From Candidatus Woesearchaeota archaeon (GTDB taxonomy: Archaea > Nanobdellota > Nanobdellia > Woesearchaeales > JASKKU01): a DNA stretch of 64,000 nucleotides. Shown here piece after piece: positions 10,015-21,130 of the stretch. Where the stretch lies: contig JASKKU010000001.1 in assembly GCA_030154045.1 (NCBI GenBank), positions 1,025 through 65,024 of the forward strand. Reading direction: 5' to 3'. The first letter of the stretch is position 1. Each line of letters opens with the position of its first letter. A model generated the notes under the pieces. That model was not told the origin of the DNA. It made no database searches and worked only from the letters and a program-made list of their open reading frames with translations. The translations under genes and the position numbers were made by a program.

Positions 10015-11103
10015 TTATTTCTTAGGAAAGAACTTTTCATTCTTTTTCACGAAATCAAGATAGGGGTCAGAAACTTTATCAGAAATGCTTTTCAACGCTT
10101 TCTCAGTTGCTTTATCTAATTTGTACGAGCCTATTACTTTAACATAAAGGTCTCCACCATTGATGCCTTCGCCTTTGATTCTAAATAAAGTGTGCGTCTC
10201 TGTGCTTTTTGGAATATTTAGGATAATCCTTTGATTAGACAAGTTAGGAACCTCTATTTTAGTTCCTAAGGCTAATTTGACAAAAGAAACCGGAACCTCT
10301 ACATAAAGATCATTACCTTTCCGCTTGAAAACAGGATGCTCCCTCACATAAACCCTAATGTACAGATTGCCTTTAACTCCTGAATTAAGCCCTGCGCTAC
10401 CTTCTCCGCGAACCCTAAGAATCTCTCCGTTGTTTATTCCCTTAGGTATTTTCACAACTAATTGCTTCTTAGTTAGAAGTCTTCCAGTTCCTTTACATTT
10501 CTTACAAGGGTTAATGATTATCTTACCTTCGCCAGCGCACTTCTTACAAACAGTGGTTGTTGAAAACACTCCGAAGATTGTTCTTTTTACATTCTTTACA
10601 TAACCGTGACCTTTGCAAACATCGCAGATTTGAACATCATTATCATTAACAAAACCTCTACCATTGCAAACATCACAGACATCATATGCTGTATAACTCA
10701 CCTTTTTCTCGGAACCATGAACAACATCTTCTAAGTCAACTTCTAAATCTAAATAGATATCTTCACCGCGTTTTGTTGAAGAGCTTCTTCTTCTGGAAGA
10801 ATCCCCAAAGAACATATCAAAAATGTCATCAAAATCAAAATTAAATCCAAAGTCTGAACCGAAATTGCTTCCCGAGAAATCAAAATTAGCATCTGAGCCA
10901 TACAAATCGTACTGCCTTCGTTTCTCATCATCTAACAAAACAGCTGCTGCCTCATTAATCTCCTTAAACTTCTCAGCAGCAGAAGGGTCATCTTTATTCA
11001 AATCAGGGTGATACTTTTTAGCGAGCTTTCTATAAGCTTTCTTAATCTCTTCTTTAGTTGCATTCCTACTCACTCCCAAAATCTCATAATAATCTTTAGC
11101 CAT
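10015..11103 (-). CDS. dnaJ: chaperone DnaJ (Hsp40)
   Basis: J-domain DYYEILGV...HPD, G/F-rich linker, four CxxCxGxG zinc-finger repeats. Confidence 0.92.
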   Translation of the reverse strand: MAKDYYEILGVSRNATKEEIKKAYRKLAKKYHPDLNKDDPSAAEKFKEINEAAAVLLDDEKRRQYDLYGSDANFDFSGSNFGSDFGFNFDFDDIFDMFFGDSSRRRSSSTKRGEDIYLDLEVDLEDVVHGSEKKVSYTAYDVCDVCNGRGFVNDNDVQICDVCKGHGYVKNVKRTIFGVFSTTTVCKKCAGEGKIIINPCKKCKGTGRLLTKKQLVVKIPKGINNGEILRVRGEGSAGLNSGVKGNLYIRVYVREHPVFKRKGNDLYVEVPVSFVKLALGTKIEVPNLSNQRIILNIPKSTETHTLFRIKGEGINGGDLYVKVIGSYKLDKATEKALKSISDKVSDPYLDFVKKNEKFFPKK

Positions 11104-11162
11104 TTTAATGCACTTAAAAAATTATAAAACAAAACAGTTAAAAAATAATCAAAGAGTAAAAC

Positions 11163-13043
11163 TTACTCCTTTTTAAAATCAGCGTCTCTAACATTATCTT
11201 TATTTTCATCACTGTTTGCACTATCGGTGTTGTTTGCATTATTTGTGTTGGCTTGCGCTCCTTGTTGAGCTGCCGCATTATACATCTCTGTTGCCAAATC
11301 AGACACCATCTTGTTAACCTCATTACTTAACTTTTCTAGTTCATCAACTTCTGAATCGCTCACTTGAGACAATTCTTTCTTAATCAAAACATCAACCTTA
11401 GATTTTAACTCGTTAAGTTTATCTTCAATTTGTTTAATCTTGTCATCCTTTCCCTTACCTTTTAAATCATTTAGAGTTTTCTGCAAAGAGTAAACTAAAG
11501 CATCTGCATTATTGATAACCTCAGCTTTATGCTTTTTCTTTTCATCCTCTTTCCTATGCTCTTCAGCCTCTTTCCGCATTCTTTCTATTTCTTCTTCGCT
11601 TAAATTAGTAGTTGCTGTTATCTTAATCTGCTGTTCTTTTCCTGTTGCTTTGTCCTTTGCTGAAACATGCGTAATACCGTTAGCATCTATATCAAAAGTA
11701 ACTTCTATTTGTGGAACGCCTCTTGGTGCGGGAGGAATTCCAACTAAATCAAACTGACCCAACAGCTTATTATCTTCAGCCATAGGTCTTTCCCCCTGGA
11801 ATACTCTAATAGTTACCGCTGTCTGATTATCAGTTGCGGTTGTGAAAATCTTGCTTTTTCTTGTTGGAATCGTTGTATTCTTTGGTATTATTACAGTCAT
11901 GACTCCGCCAAGGGTTTCTATACCTAAACTAAGAGGTGTAACATCTAACAACAATAAGTCTTTGATCTCGCCAGAAAGCACACCGCCTTGAATTGCAGCA
12001 CCCAACGCAACAGCTTCATCAGGATTAACACTCTTATCCGGTTCTTTGCCTAAAACATCTTTAATCATTCTTTGCACTGCAGGAATCCTAGTGCTTCCAC
12101 CTACCAAAATAACCCTATCAATATCTTCCTTCTTAAAACCGCCATCCCTCAAAGCCTCTTCCAAAGGACCTTTCAACCTTTCAAGAATATCTTCAATCAA
12201 CTTTTCAAACAAAGCTCTGCTTAATTTCCTATTCAAATGCAAAGGCCCATTTTCTGTAGCCGTAATAAAAGGAAGATTAATTTCAGTTTCTGTTTTGCTT
12301 GACAACTCCTTTTTAGCCTGTTCCGCTGCTTCTTTCAATCTTTGCAAAGCTACTTTATCATTGCTTAAATCAATACCTGTTTCTTTCTTAAACTCATCAA
12401 TCAACCAATCCATAATAACTCTATCAACATCATCTCCTCCTAAGTGATTATCTCCTGAAGTAGATTTAACCTCAAAGACGCCGTCTCCTAATTCTAAAAT
12501 CGAAACATCAAAAGTACCGCCGCCAAAATCAAATACCAAAATCCTATGGTCCTCACTCTTATCTAAGCCATAAGCTAACGCTGCCGCAGTAGGTTCGTTA
12601 ATGATTCTAAGAACTTCTAAACCAGCAATCTTTCCAGCATCCTTGGTTGCCTGCCTTTGCGCATCAGTAAAATATGCTGGACAAGTGATTATTGCTTTCG
12701 TTATCTTTTCACCAAGGTACTCTTCAGCATCTCGTTTCAATTTTTGAAGAATGAATGCTGAAATCTGTTGCGGCGTGTACTCTTTACCATCTATGTTAAC
12801 TTTATAATCTTCACCCATTCTCCTCTTAATACTCATAACAGTATGCGCGGGGTCAACAATGGCTTGCCTTCTTGCAGGAGTTCCAACAACGATTTCGCCA
12901 TTCTTTATATGAACAACGCTCGGAGTTGTCCTCTCACCTTCAGCATTTGGAATAATCACAGGCTTTCCTCCTTGCAGAATAGCCATAGCTGAAAAGGTTG
13001 TTCCCAAATCAATACCTAAGATTTTCTCACTCATCTTTCTCAC
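11163..13043 (-). CDS. dnaK: chaperone DnaK (Hsp70)
   Basis: [26 protein letters not shown] signatures; 626 aa with a low-complexity N/Q/A-rich tail. Confidence 0.95.
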   Translation of the reverse strand: MRKMSEKILGIDLGTTFSAMAILQGGKPVIIPNAEGERTTPSVVHIKNGEIVVGTPARRQAIVDPAHTVMSIKRRMGEDYKVNIDGKEYTPQQISAFILQKLKRDAEEYLGEKITKAIITCPAYFTDAQRQATKDAGKIAGLEVLRIINEPTAAALAYGLDKSEDHRILVFDFGGGTFDVSILELGDGVFEVKSTSGDNHLGGDDVDRVIMDWLIDEFKKETGIDLSNDKVALQRLKEAAEQAKKELSSKTETEINLPFITATENGPLHLNRKLSRALFEKLIEDILERLKGPLEEALRDGGFKKEDIDRVILVGGSTRIPAVQRMIKDVLGKEPDKSVNPDEAVALGAAIQGGVLSGEIKDLLLLDVTPLSLGIETLGGVMTVIIPKNTTIPTRKSKIFTTATDNQTAVTIRVFQGERPMAEDNKLLGQFDLVGIPPAPRGVPQIEVTFDIDANGITHVSAKDKATGKEQQIKITATTNLSEEEIERMRKEAEEHRKEDEKKKHKAEVINNADALVYSLQKTLNDLKGKGKDDKIKQIEDKLNELKSKVDVLIKKELSQVSDSEVDELEKLSNEVNKMVSDLATEMYNAAAQQGAQANTNNANNTDSANSDENKDNVRDADFKKE

Positions 13044-13638
13044 CTCGTTTTACCACGACAACTTTTGCCGGCCTAATCAAAACATCATTTAGAAAATATC
13101 CTTTTTGAATAACATCAACAATCTTCATATCTTCTTCTTTATCGTCAGTCTTTACTAGTAAAATCTCACAGGTTTTTGGGTCAAACTTCTCGCCCAAAGG
13201 ATTGTAAGGTTTCAATCCCTCTTGTTCTAAAAGAGACAACAATTGAGAGTAGATTAATTCAACACCTTTGACAAAAGGATCGTCCTTAAGTTTAGGATCC
13301 TTCAAAGCCAATTCAAAATTATCCAAAACAGGAAGTATTTTTTCAATAATCCTTCTGCTGGAGTTTTTTATCAGAAGGTCTTTTTCTCGCTCAACAGTTT
13401 TACGATAATTATCAAAATCTGCAGCAACTCTCTTGACTAATTTTTCCAATTCCTTTTTCTCATCTTCTAATTGTTGAATCCTATTAGAAAGTTCTTGTTC
13501 TATGTTTTCACCTTTCTTCATAGATTCAGATTTTTCCTTAGAATCTTTTTCATCAAGCTTCTCTTGTTTTTCGTGTTTTTCATTCATTTCATTCTTTTCG
13601 TTCTTCTTTTGTTTTTCTGAATCAGTCATTTTAACCAA
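13027..13638 (-). CDS. grpE: nucleotide exchange factor GrpE
   Basis: Coiled-coil N-terminus and GrpE C-terminal beta domain; overlaps the dnaK start; grpE-dnaK-dnaJ order. Confidence 0.85.
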   Translation of the reverse strand: MVKMTDSEKQKKNEKNEMNEKHEKQEKLDEKDSKEKSESMKKGENIEQELSNRIQQLEDEKKELEKLVKRVAADFDNYRKTVEREKDLLIKNSSRRIIEKILPVLDNFELALKDPKLKDDPFVKGVELIYSQLLSLLEQEGLKPYNPLGEKFDPKTCEILLVKTDDKEEDMKIVDVIQKGYFLNDVLIRPAKVVVVKRGEKDE

Positions 13639-13822
13639 ACCTCTGTCAACCTTAAATCAACAAAGTCAACTTTAAATAAACGAAATGGAAACTAATATTT
13701 AAAGCTTTCCTTAGATTATGCTTTAACAAAATTGGCACTCTTAAGAAAAACTTTATAAATGAACTTCTATCACTCTGAATTGGATGGTCTGGTAAAAAGC
13801 TGGGCCATGCCGGGTGAAAACA

Positions 13823-14278
13823 ATGGCACGAATGTACTCAAGAAAAAAAGGTAAATCTAGTTCAAAAAAGCCGTTAAAAAAAGAAGCCAAACATTGGCAA
13901 AGATACTCTGCTAAAGAAATTGAAAGGCTTGTTGTAAAGTTAGCCAAGGAAGGCAATACTGCTTCCAAAATCGGCTTAATCTTAAGAGATTCCTATGGAA
14001 TCCCTGATGTAAAAGAAGCTTGTGGAAAGAAGATCACTCAAATTCTAGAAGAAAAAGGAATGAAGCAAGAGATTCCCGAAGACTTATTAAACCTTATGAG
14101 AAAAGCTAACAGCATTAGAAAACATCTTGAAGCAAATCATAAAGATATGACCGCGAAGAGAGGTTTGCAACTAACAGAATCAAAGATTAGAAGACTTGTT
14201 AAATACTACATAAAAATTGGCAAACTGCCAAAGAACTGGAAGTATACTCCAGAACTTGCAGAATTAGTTTCTGCATAA
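13823..14278 (+). CDS. rps15: 30S ribosomal protein S15 (uS15/eS13 type)
   Basis: Starts MARMYSRKKGKS, typical of archaeal S15; the track ORF begins 9 nt upstream at a GTG, so the ATG at 13823 is the more likely start. Confidence 0.85.
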   Translation: MARMYSRKKGKSSSKKPLKKEAKHWQRYSAKEIERLVVKLAKEGNTASKIGLILRDSYGIPDVKEACGKKITQILEEKGMKQEIPEDLLNLMRKANSIRKHLEANHKDMTAKRGLQLTESKIRRLVKYYIKIGKLPKNWKYTPELAELVSA

Positions 14279-14336
14279 ATTTTTTTATTTCTCACTTTGT
14301 TTTTTTTATTTATTATTCTTGTTTTATTATTCTCAT

Positions 14337-14903
14337 TTACTTGTTTAGGATGTTCTTCTTCAAAACATCTGATTTTGTAATTATGCCTTCAATCTTGCCA
14401 TTATGGGAAACTATAATAACCATAGGATATTGTTCAAGCACTTCATAAATAATATCCAGACTTATATCCTCATCAAAAGTAGGCATAGGCCTTTCCATAA
14501 TTTCTTTAATCAATGTGTCCTCTTTGATTAAATTCTGTTTCTTTAATAGAATTTGTTCAGAGATATATCCTACAATAGAATTCTGCCTAGATAATACAGG
14601 CATCTGGGAAAAACCTTTTTCCAGCATTTTAGAAACAGCATCTTTAACAAGAGAATCTTCATAACAAAAAACTACTTTCTTATTCATTACATCCTTAGCC
14701 TTAATTTGGTTCTTTTTCCTAAGAGACTCTAATGTCAAAAATATCTTAACAACAATCTCATAAGAAGGAGAAACCTTGCCCTTTTCTATCTTGGCAATAA
14801 TTGATTGAGAAACACCCGCTAGCTCAGCCAACCTTTTTTGGCTAAGGTTCAATTGTAATCTTAAATGTCTAATTTCTTCAAGTTTAGGAAAGTACATTTT
14901 CAA
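14337..14903 (-). CDS. transcriptional regulator, XRE-type HTH fused to a CBS pair
   Basis: LSQKRLAELAGVSQSIIAKIEKG HTH followed by two CBS-like repeats. Confidence 0.55.
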   Translation of the reverse strand: MKMYFPKLEEIRHLRLQLNLSQKRLAELAGVSQSIIAKIEKGKVSPSYEIVVKIFLTLESLRKKNQIKAKDVMNKKVVFCYEDSLVKDAVSKMLEKGFSQMPVLSRQNSIVGYISEQILLKKQNLIKEDTLIKEIMERPMPTFDEDISLDIIYEVLEQYPMVIIVSHNGKIEGIITKSDVLKKNILNK

Positions 14904-14934
14904 ACCTAGCTAAAAAGTTAATAAAAATTAAAAA

Positions 14935-16365
14935 TTAAATCTGAGTTATTACAGAATTTGATTTTGTGATCCTCTCCTTATTTCCGACCTTATACTTTAC
15001 CAAAGTACTCTTCAAAAGCAACTCTCCGATAATACTTAACTTGGTTGTACTCCTGTAGATTATAATCCTCTCTTCTAAAGGCTCAAGCACATCAATCTTC
15101 CATTCTAATAATGTTCCTTTCTTTTCATGTTGGATAACTTTTGACGGCTCCAAGATGCCAATCTGTTTAATTAACTTAACACTCAAAATTGGAGGAACCA
15201 ATTCCTTAATAACTAAATCCTTTATCTGTTTATTTGACCTGTTCTTGACAATAATCTTTGTTTTGATCTTTGTTTCTGATTCAGTCTTTTCAATCTGAAC
15301 CTTTTTCTCACACACAATAGGGCTCCTAAATAGAAAATAACCTAAAACGATTAGTGCTATTAAAACAAGGATTATCACTAGACTCAAATAATTTTCTACA
15401 ATAACAATTTTTGTATTCTCTTTAGGAGCTAAAGCAACATCCCACGCTAAGTATAGATTACCATCCTCCTTTAAAGTGTAAGCGTCAGGGCTCGTTTTGA
15501 TAAACAGATTTCTAAAATAATTCGTTTTGACTTTGTATCTAAAATTAAGCTGTTGATTCCCATTATTAAGTATCGTAATCTCTTTTCTGATTATCAAATG
15601 TTTTTGGGTTTTATTAACATTGATTTGAGTATCATTATAAGGCAAAACATCAATAACTAAATCATCGTCTGTCGCTATAATCTTTCCATCTTTATCTAAA
15701 GCAACAGTAATATCTTTTTTTCCAGGAGATGTATGAGGGTCAATCTGTGCATCTATGTAATAATTCTTGCGGGTTTCTAAAGGACCAAGAGATATGCTCT
15801 TTTCGATATTAAGGCCTGCTCCAAAGATGATAACCCTCAAATCGCTTAAGTTCAAAACATTATAATTGTTTAAAATGAGTTTAAATCTAAAAGGCTCTCT
15901 GGGATCAATAGAATAACTAGGTTCTACTGTAACGAACATCTTAACAGTTGGTTTATACGCTTGCTCAGATTCTGGTATGTCACCATAAGTAATATAGAGA
16001 GTTTCAGAGATTTTCTCATCATCTGATTCAACTGTAAAAGGAATAACATAGTGATCAGAAGGCATCTCGCTCTTAGCTTTGACATATACATGAAAACTTC
16101 CACTTTCGCCAGGACCTAGTTCTAAGGTGTAAAGTGGTTGCGTAATAATACTCCACTGAGGCCTAATTCCAAAGTCAAGAGAATATTCCTTAGTAAAATT
16201 GTCCGTGTTTTCAATCTTTACCAGAAACTCGGCAAAACTGTTTCCTGAAATCTTGTTGTTAAGATTTTCAACAGTAACATTTGAGGCTACAGCAGTTTGC
16301 ACAGTAATCAAAAGCAGTACTAAAGATAAACAAAAGAGTATACTGATTCTATCTTTGAGTTTCAT
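14935..16365 (-). CDS. secreted/cell-surface protein with an N-terminal signal peptide and a C-proximal TM segment
   Basis: Signal-like LSLVLLLITVQTAVASN, beta-rich body, hydrophobic LSLVIILVLIALIVLGYFLF near the C-terminus. Confidence 0.35.
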   Translation of the reverse strand: MKLKDRISILFCLSLVLLLITVQTAVASNVTVENLNNKISGNSFAEFLVKIENTDNFTKEYSLDFGIRPQWSIITQPLYTLELGPGESGSFHVYVKAKSEMPSDHYVIPFTVESDDEKISETLYITYGDIPESEQAYKPTVKMFVTVEPSYSIDPREPFRFKLILNNYNVLNLSDLRVIIFGAGLNIEKSISLGPLETRKNYYIDAQIDPHTSPGKKDITVALDKDGKIIATDDDLVIDVLPYNDTQINVNKTQKHLIIRKEITILNNGNQQLNFRYKVKTNYFRNLFIKTSPDAYTLKEDGNLYLAWDVALAPKENTKIVIVENYLSLVIILVLIALIVLGYFLFRSPIVCEKKVQIEKTESETKIKTKIIVKNRSNKQIKDLVIKELVPPILSVKLIKQIGILEPSKVIQHEKKGTLLEWKIDVLEPLEERIIIYRSTTKLSIIGELLLKSTLVKYKVGNKERITKSNSVITQI

Positions 16366-16416
16366 GGTTGATAAAAGAGAGAGTGTTATATTTAAATTTT
16401 CTTCTTTTTAGTAGGA

Positions 16417-17772
16417 ATGTTTAAAAACGCGCTTTTCTTTCATCAATTTATGACTATAGAACTCTACACTTTAGGTGGTTTCCAGGAAATCGGGAGAAAC
16501 ATGACTCTAATCAAGTATAAAAACGAATCAATAGTGTTAGATTTAGGACTACACTTAGACAACTACATCCCTTTAATCAATGAAACGCAGGAAAGCAAGT
16601 TTATCAGTATAGATGAATTGTTAAATTCGGGTTCGGTGCCAGATATAAGAAGGGTCCAAAACCTATTAGATACAGTAAAGGCAATAATTCCTTCGCACGC
16701 TCACTTAGATCACGTTGGCGCTATTCCTTTCTTAGGCAAATTGTTTAAGAACGCAACAATCATCGCTACTCCTTATACAATTGCAGTATTAAAAGAACTT
16801 AAACGAGACATCTCTCCTGATACGAAGTTTAGAATAAAGGTTTCCAAACCAAACTCTAAAATCATTGTTTCTAAAAATTTCAAGGTGCATTTCATTGCAA
16901 GTTCTCATTCTGTGCCCCATACGGTTTTCATTGTTGTAGAAACACCTGAGGGAAACATAGTCTATGCAAATGATTATAAGATTGATTTTTCACCAATCGT
17001 TGGAGATAAACCCAACTTAAAAAGGCTTGCTAAATTTAGGAACCCTGAATTATTAATCATAGATTCATTATATGCTAACAGATTAGGAAAAACTCCTTCG
17101 GAATCTGTTGCAAGAGCTATGTTAAAAGATGTATTAACGGAAAGCAATGCATTAAGTTCAGCAATTTTCGTTACAACCTTTTCCTCTCACATTGCAAGAC
17201 TCAAAAGCCTTGTTGAATTATCAAAGAAAATCAGAAGACAGCCCATATTCATTGGTCGAAGTCTGTTTAAATACATTAAAGCTGCTGAATCTATTAATTT
17301 GGTAAAGTTCTCTTCAAAGTACAAACTAATCAGATTTAACAGACAACTTGTTAGAATTTTAAAAAGAGTTGAGAAAAACAAAAAACACTACCTAATCATC
17401 TGCACAGGCCACCAAGGTGAACCAAACTCAATACTTTCAAGAATTGTTTTCAACGATATGTTCAATTTCACGAGAAAAGACACAGTTATCTTTTCTAGTA
17501 ATATCATCCCAAACGAAGAGAACATGAGAAACCGTGAGAGATTAAGAGTTTCCCTAGAAAACAAAAATGTTAACATCTATGAAGATGTGCATGTTTCAGG
17601 ACACGCTTCAAGACAAGACCATCGCGAACTATTAGAACTGCTTTTGCCAAAGAGAGTTATTCCTGCTCACAGCACTCCTGAAAACAGCATTGTTTTCAAA
17701 GATTTTGTCGAAAAGAATTTTAAAAAAATCAAAGTAATTACTGCATCTGAAGGAGATGCTTATCAAATTTAG
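16417..17772 (+). CDS. beta-CASP metallo-beta-lactamase ribonuclease (archaeal RNase J-like)
   Basis: HAHLDHVGA motif and beta-CASP C-terminal His motifs; 451 aa; the true start may be the internal M at about 16450 (MTIELYTLGG). Confidence 0.75.
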   Translation: MFKNALFFHQFMTIELYTLGGFQEIGRNMTLIKYKNESIVLDLGLHLDNYIPLINETQESKFISIDELLNSGSVPDIRRVQNLLDTVKAIIPSHAHLDHVGAIPFLGKLFKNATIIATPYTIAVLKELKRDISPDTKFRIKVSKPNSKIIVSKNFKVHFIASSHSVPHTVFIVVETPEGNIVYANDYKIDFSPIVGDKPNLKRLAKFRNPELLIIDSLYANRLGKTPSESVARAMLKDVLTESNALSSAIFVTTFSSHIARLKSLVELSKKIRRQPIFIGRSLFKYIKAAESINLVKFSSKYKLIRFNRQLVRILKRVEKNKKHYLIICTGHQGEPNSILSRIVFNDMFNFTRKDTVIFSSNIIPNEENMRNRERLRVSLENKNVNIYEDVHVSGHASRQDHRELLELLLPKRVIPAHSTPENSIVFKDFVEKNFKKIKVITASEGDAYQI

Positions 17773-17790
17773 AAAAAGCAAACTAACAAA

Positions 17791-18117
17791 ATGAAAAAAA
17801 GCTCAGAATTATCAAAAATTTATAACGAATGGTTCAAAACAGCTAAGAAAGTTTTCTTTAAAAATCCGGAATTATCAAAAAAAATGGTTGAAGACATCCT
17901 ATACTTTTCAAGAAAAACAAAAACAAGCATTCCAAAAGAAGTTAAAAGGTTTATATGTAAAAAGTGCCACAGCGTTTTAATTCCTGGAATTAATCTAAGG
18001 GTAAGGTTACAAAAGAATCATGTAGTTTACTTATGTAAAGAATGCAAGACACTATATAGATATCCCTTCATAAAAGAGAAGAAACAAACAAGACAAACTA
18101 GAAAAAGTAAGGAATAA
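17791..18117 (+). CDS. rpp21: RNase P protein component 4 (Rpp21/Rpr2)
   Basis: RFICKKCHSVLIPGINLRVRLQ...CKECKTLYRYPFIKE closely matches the archaeal Rpp21 zinc-ribbon consensus. Confidence 0.8.
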   Translation: MKKSSELSKIYNEWFKTAKKVFFKNPELSKKMVEDILYFSRKTKTSIPKEVKRFICKKCHSVLIPGINLRVRLQKNHVVYLCKECKTLYRYPFIKEKKQTRQTRKSKE

Positions 18118-18498
18118 AGCCCAGATTACTCTCCGGATATCATTAATCAACCCGGCTTAAGGATCTGGGCTTAAAGGTTGTAGATTCACAGAAGTTTTTA
18201 AATTTAACCCTACACTTTTTTTAAACCTTTGAAAAAGTTCTATTGAAAATATATATTTTTTAGTAACATTTAAATACTAGTATTACTTACATTATAACAG
18301 AATCGCACTTTTATCTAACATTTTTGCGAAGGGGGTAAACAAATTGGGTAGACACTCGAAATCAGATTCCAAATATTTCCAAGAAATTCCAAAGGGTGAA
18401 GACGGAAAGACTTGGAAAAAAACAAATAAATGGAAGCCAGGTTATATGTACTTCTAAATTAGATAATTTTTTATTTTAGTTTTTTTTATTCTATACCA

Positions 18499-18753
18499 AT
18501 GCTATCTTTAAATCTAGATTTGAAATCTGTAGAAGAAGAATTAAGAACTGCTAACTACAAAAAAGTTTGTTTACAGTTTCCTGACGGCTTGAAGCCAAAA
18601 TCAAAAGATGTCGTAGATTCTTTAAGAAAAAAATTCCCTTCGATCACTTTCTTCTTATGGGCTGGCTCGAACTTTGGTGGGTGTGATATCCCTATACAAG
18701 TAAGAGATTTTGATTTAATAATCAACTTTGGCCATGCTGAATTCAAGAAGTAA
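18499..18753 (+). pseudogene. dph2: N-terminal ~84-aa remnant of diphthamide synthesis protein Dph2
   Basis: VCLQFPDGLKP...GGCDIPIQVRDFDLIINFGHA aligns with the Dph2 N-terminus (LIQSPEGL...YGACDP...GCDALIHLGHS); the frame stops ~260 aa early with no continuation in any frame. Confidence 0.5.
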
Positions 18754-18788
18754 AATTAATCAAAATAAAGTTATTTCAAAAGAAACAT

Positions 18789-19154
18789 CTATTTTAGGTT
18801 TTTATACTTTCTCCCTATAATCATCGAATATAATATCAAAAGAGGAAACAGCAAAAGATAATCTTCTTGAGATGAACTTGTCAGAACTATAATAAAACTT
18901 GCTATGAACCATAACAAAAAGTTTTGTTTCTTAAGCAGTAAAATTAAAAACGAGATTATCACCAAATCAAAAATAACCCTGAAAGTTTGAAAGCTAAAAA
19001 GAAGCTCAAACAACAACATCAAAATAATTGCAAACAAAATCAATTTCTCGATTACATCCAGACCAGAGTTCAATGCAGGAAACTCTTCCTTGCTTTCCTT
19101 GTAAACTACAAAACCTACAAAAAAAGCAAACATAATAATAACAAATTCAATCAT
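18789..19154 (-). CDS. small integral membrane protein
   Basis: 121 aa, three hydrophobic helices. Confidence 0.3.
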   Translation of the reverse strand: MIEFVIIMFAFFVGFVVYKESKEEFPALNSGLDVIEKLILFAIILMLLFELLFSFQTFRVIFDLVIISFLILLLKKQNFLLWFIASFIIVLTSSSQEDYLLLFPLLILYSMIIGRKYKNLK

Positions 19155-20643
19155 TTTCTACCAGCCATTTTTCCAAATCAGTCATCACTTCATCTCTTAC
19201 AGCTTTTATAAACCTTATTGAAGCGGCATGCATATGTCCGCCACCTTCAATTTCAGTATATGGCTTAACTTTTTGCTCCAAAGCAATAAAATCATTTATA
19301 TCCTTGTCAATTCCGTAAGTTCTAACAACCATGGAATCATCTCCATGAGCAATAACTGCAACCCTATCATACTTTTGTTTAAGCTCGTCAATTACTAAAC
19401 CTGCACTCTTCCCGCTAGAAGGGTAATCTCCGCGTTTAATCAGGTTCTCAAAATTAAACTTTGCAATGACAATGTTGTTCTTCTCAGATTTTTCCAAAAA
19501 CTTAAACAAAGTGTTTATCCTCTTTTTTTCAAGTTCAACCAACTCAGGATAAATCAAGTTTACGGTTTTCTGCTGGATTTTGTTCTTAAAATCGAAAAGG
19601 TTTTCAATGAACGTTTTAGATTCTTTCCTCCTAATAGAAGTAGTTAAATAATCTACCACTTTCGCTAATTTCTTAAGGAACTCTTCATCACAACCTTTGC
19701 TCTTCGCAAGTTCTAAGTAAGAGGTTAACTCCTCCGCATTAGACCTGTCAGCAATTCCAGACAGTGCTGCTAAACAATCCAAATCTTTCAAACTTGGATT
19801 AATCATATAAGCAATCTCTGAACCCAGCATGCCTGCAGTTATGTTTGAATCCGAACCAACCTTATATGGATTAATATGCACTTTTGTTAAAGAATCCACT
19901 TCAAAACTCCCATCTTCGTTAATCAACGGAACATGATGGTCAATAACAATAACATCAAAGTTGTATATTGCTAACTTTCTCAAACCTAAAACATCTTCGC
20001 TAGTTGAACCATTATCTATAAGAATAAGCAAAGGTTCTTTATCTAAAGACGAATCCAAGAAACTGCTGATATCAGAAACAGCCTCATCAAGGTCATAAAA
20101 AGGCAAGGTGCATGGAATTCTTTTCAGCAAATTGCGATTGTTTTGCATATCCCTGTTAATCTTCAAAGCTAAAGAAGTTATTGCCTTTTCAATAGCTATT
20201 GCGCCAGAGTACCCATCAGTATCAAAATGGTGTCTTATCAGGATTGGTCGCCTATCAATAACTGCTTGATTTATCAAATTGATTGCTTTAATAAATAAAG
20301 GTTTCAGCTTCTCGTAAGCTGTACTTTTAACAATATTGTCTTGAGTAACCGGGGCAACAAAGCTTTTGCTGAGATCCTCAAATTTATTCACAAAGTTATG
20401 GTCCAAATGAAGTTTTTCTATTCTAAGCAATCTCAACCTTTCAGAATTTCTATCTTTTACCACAACAACTCTAACAAAATCACCTACATCAATCTTATTA
20501 GATAATTGCTTTACATCAGCAATCTCTATTTCGTTATTCCCATCAAAAACAACAACAATATTTAAGGTTTTGAGCCTAATTAATCCTGAAACCTTTCCAT
20601 AGATTTCTCTTTCAAAATTCTGATTATTTCTCATTTTTATCAA
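19147..20643 (-). CDS. DHH/DHHA1 phosphoesterase, RecJ-like nuclease (GAN/Cdc45-like) with an N-terminal OB-like region
   Basis: DHH motifs IRHHFDTDGYSGA, VIVIDHHVP and DHHA1 GGGHMHAAS. Confidence 0.65.
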   Translation of the reverse strand: MIKMRNNQNFEREIYGKVSGLIRLKTLNIVVVFDGNNEIEIADVKQLSNKIDVGDFVRVVVVKDRNSERLRLLRIEKLHLDHNFVNKFEDLSKSFVAPVTQDNIVKSTAYEKLKPLFIKAINLINQAVIDRRPILIRHHFDTDGYSGAIAIEKAITSLALKINRDMQNNRNLLKRIPCTLPFYDLDEAVSDISSFLDSSLDKEPLLILIDNGSTSEDVLGLRKLAIYNFDVIVIDHHVPLINEDGSFEVDSLTKVHINPYKVGSDSNITAGMLGSEIAYMINPSLKDLDCLAALSGIADRSNAEELTSYLELAKSKGCDEEFLKKLAKVVDYLTTSIRRKESKTFIENLFDFKNKIQQKTVNLIYPELVELEKKRINTLFKFLEKSEKNNIVIAKFNFENLIKRGDYPSSGKSAGLVIDELKQKYDRVAVIAHGDDSMVVRTYGIDKDINDFIALEQKVKPYTEIEGGGHMHAASIRFIKAVRDEVMTDLEKWLVEND

Positions 20644-20823
20644 AAGCTAGTTTTAGACAAAATTTAAAAAGATTAGCATTATTTCTCTAATTAAAGTTTT
20701 CACAAAACTTAAAGCTTTCATTTTTTTTGAAAAGATTTATAAAGAAGCACAAACTCCAATATGTATAGCTTAAAGGTAATGTTTTAAAAGTTATTTTAAA
20801 AAGATACTTTTTTAAAAGAATTT

Positions 20824-21126
20824 TTGGAGGGGATACTTTTGAAGAAAAACGAGTTGTTCAATGTTCTGTTTCGGGAGAAGCCTGTAAATATGTTAATAAC
20901 ACTTTATAATTCAAAATCAAAGATCTATGCATCAGTAATTGCCAAAGAGATTGATTGCACTTATTCTCATGTTGTCAAGTTGCTTAAAACTTTAGAGGAG
21001 CACAAAATTGTTGAGTTCGTAAAAGACGGCAGACTAAAATACTTGTCTCTGACGCCTAAAGGGAAGAAACTAGCAGAAGCTTTGTACTCTGCAAAACAGA
21101 TAATCACTTCTGAAGACCTTGAATAA
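20824..21126 (+). CDS. small winged-helix DNA-binding protein (ArsR/MarR-like)
   Basis: 100 aa; YASVIAKEIDCTYSHVVKLLKTLEEHKIVEF is a typical wHTH recognition-helix segment. Confidence 0.45.
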   Translation: MEGILLKKNELFNVLFREKPVNMLITLYNSKSKIYASVIAKEIDCTYSHVVKLLKTLEEHKIVEFVKDGRLKYLSLTPKGKKLAEALYSAKQIITSEDLE

Positions 21127-21130
21127 CTTT

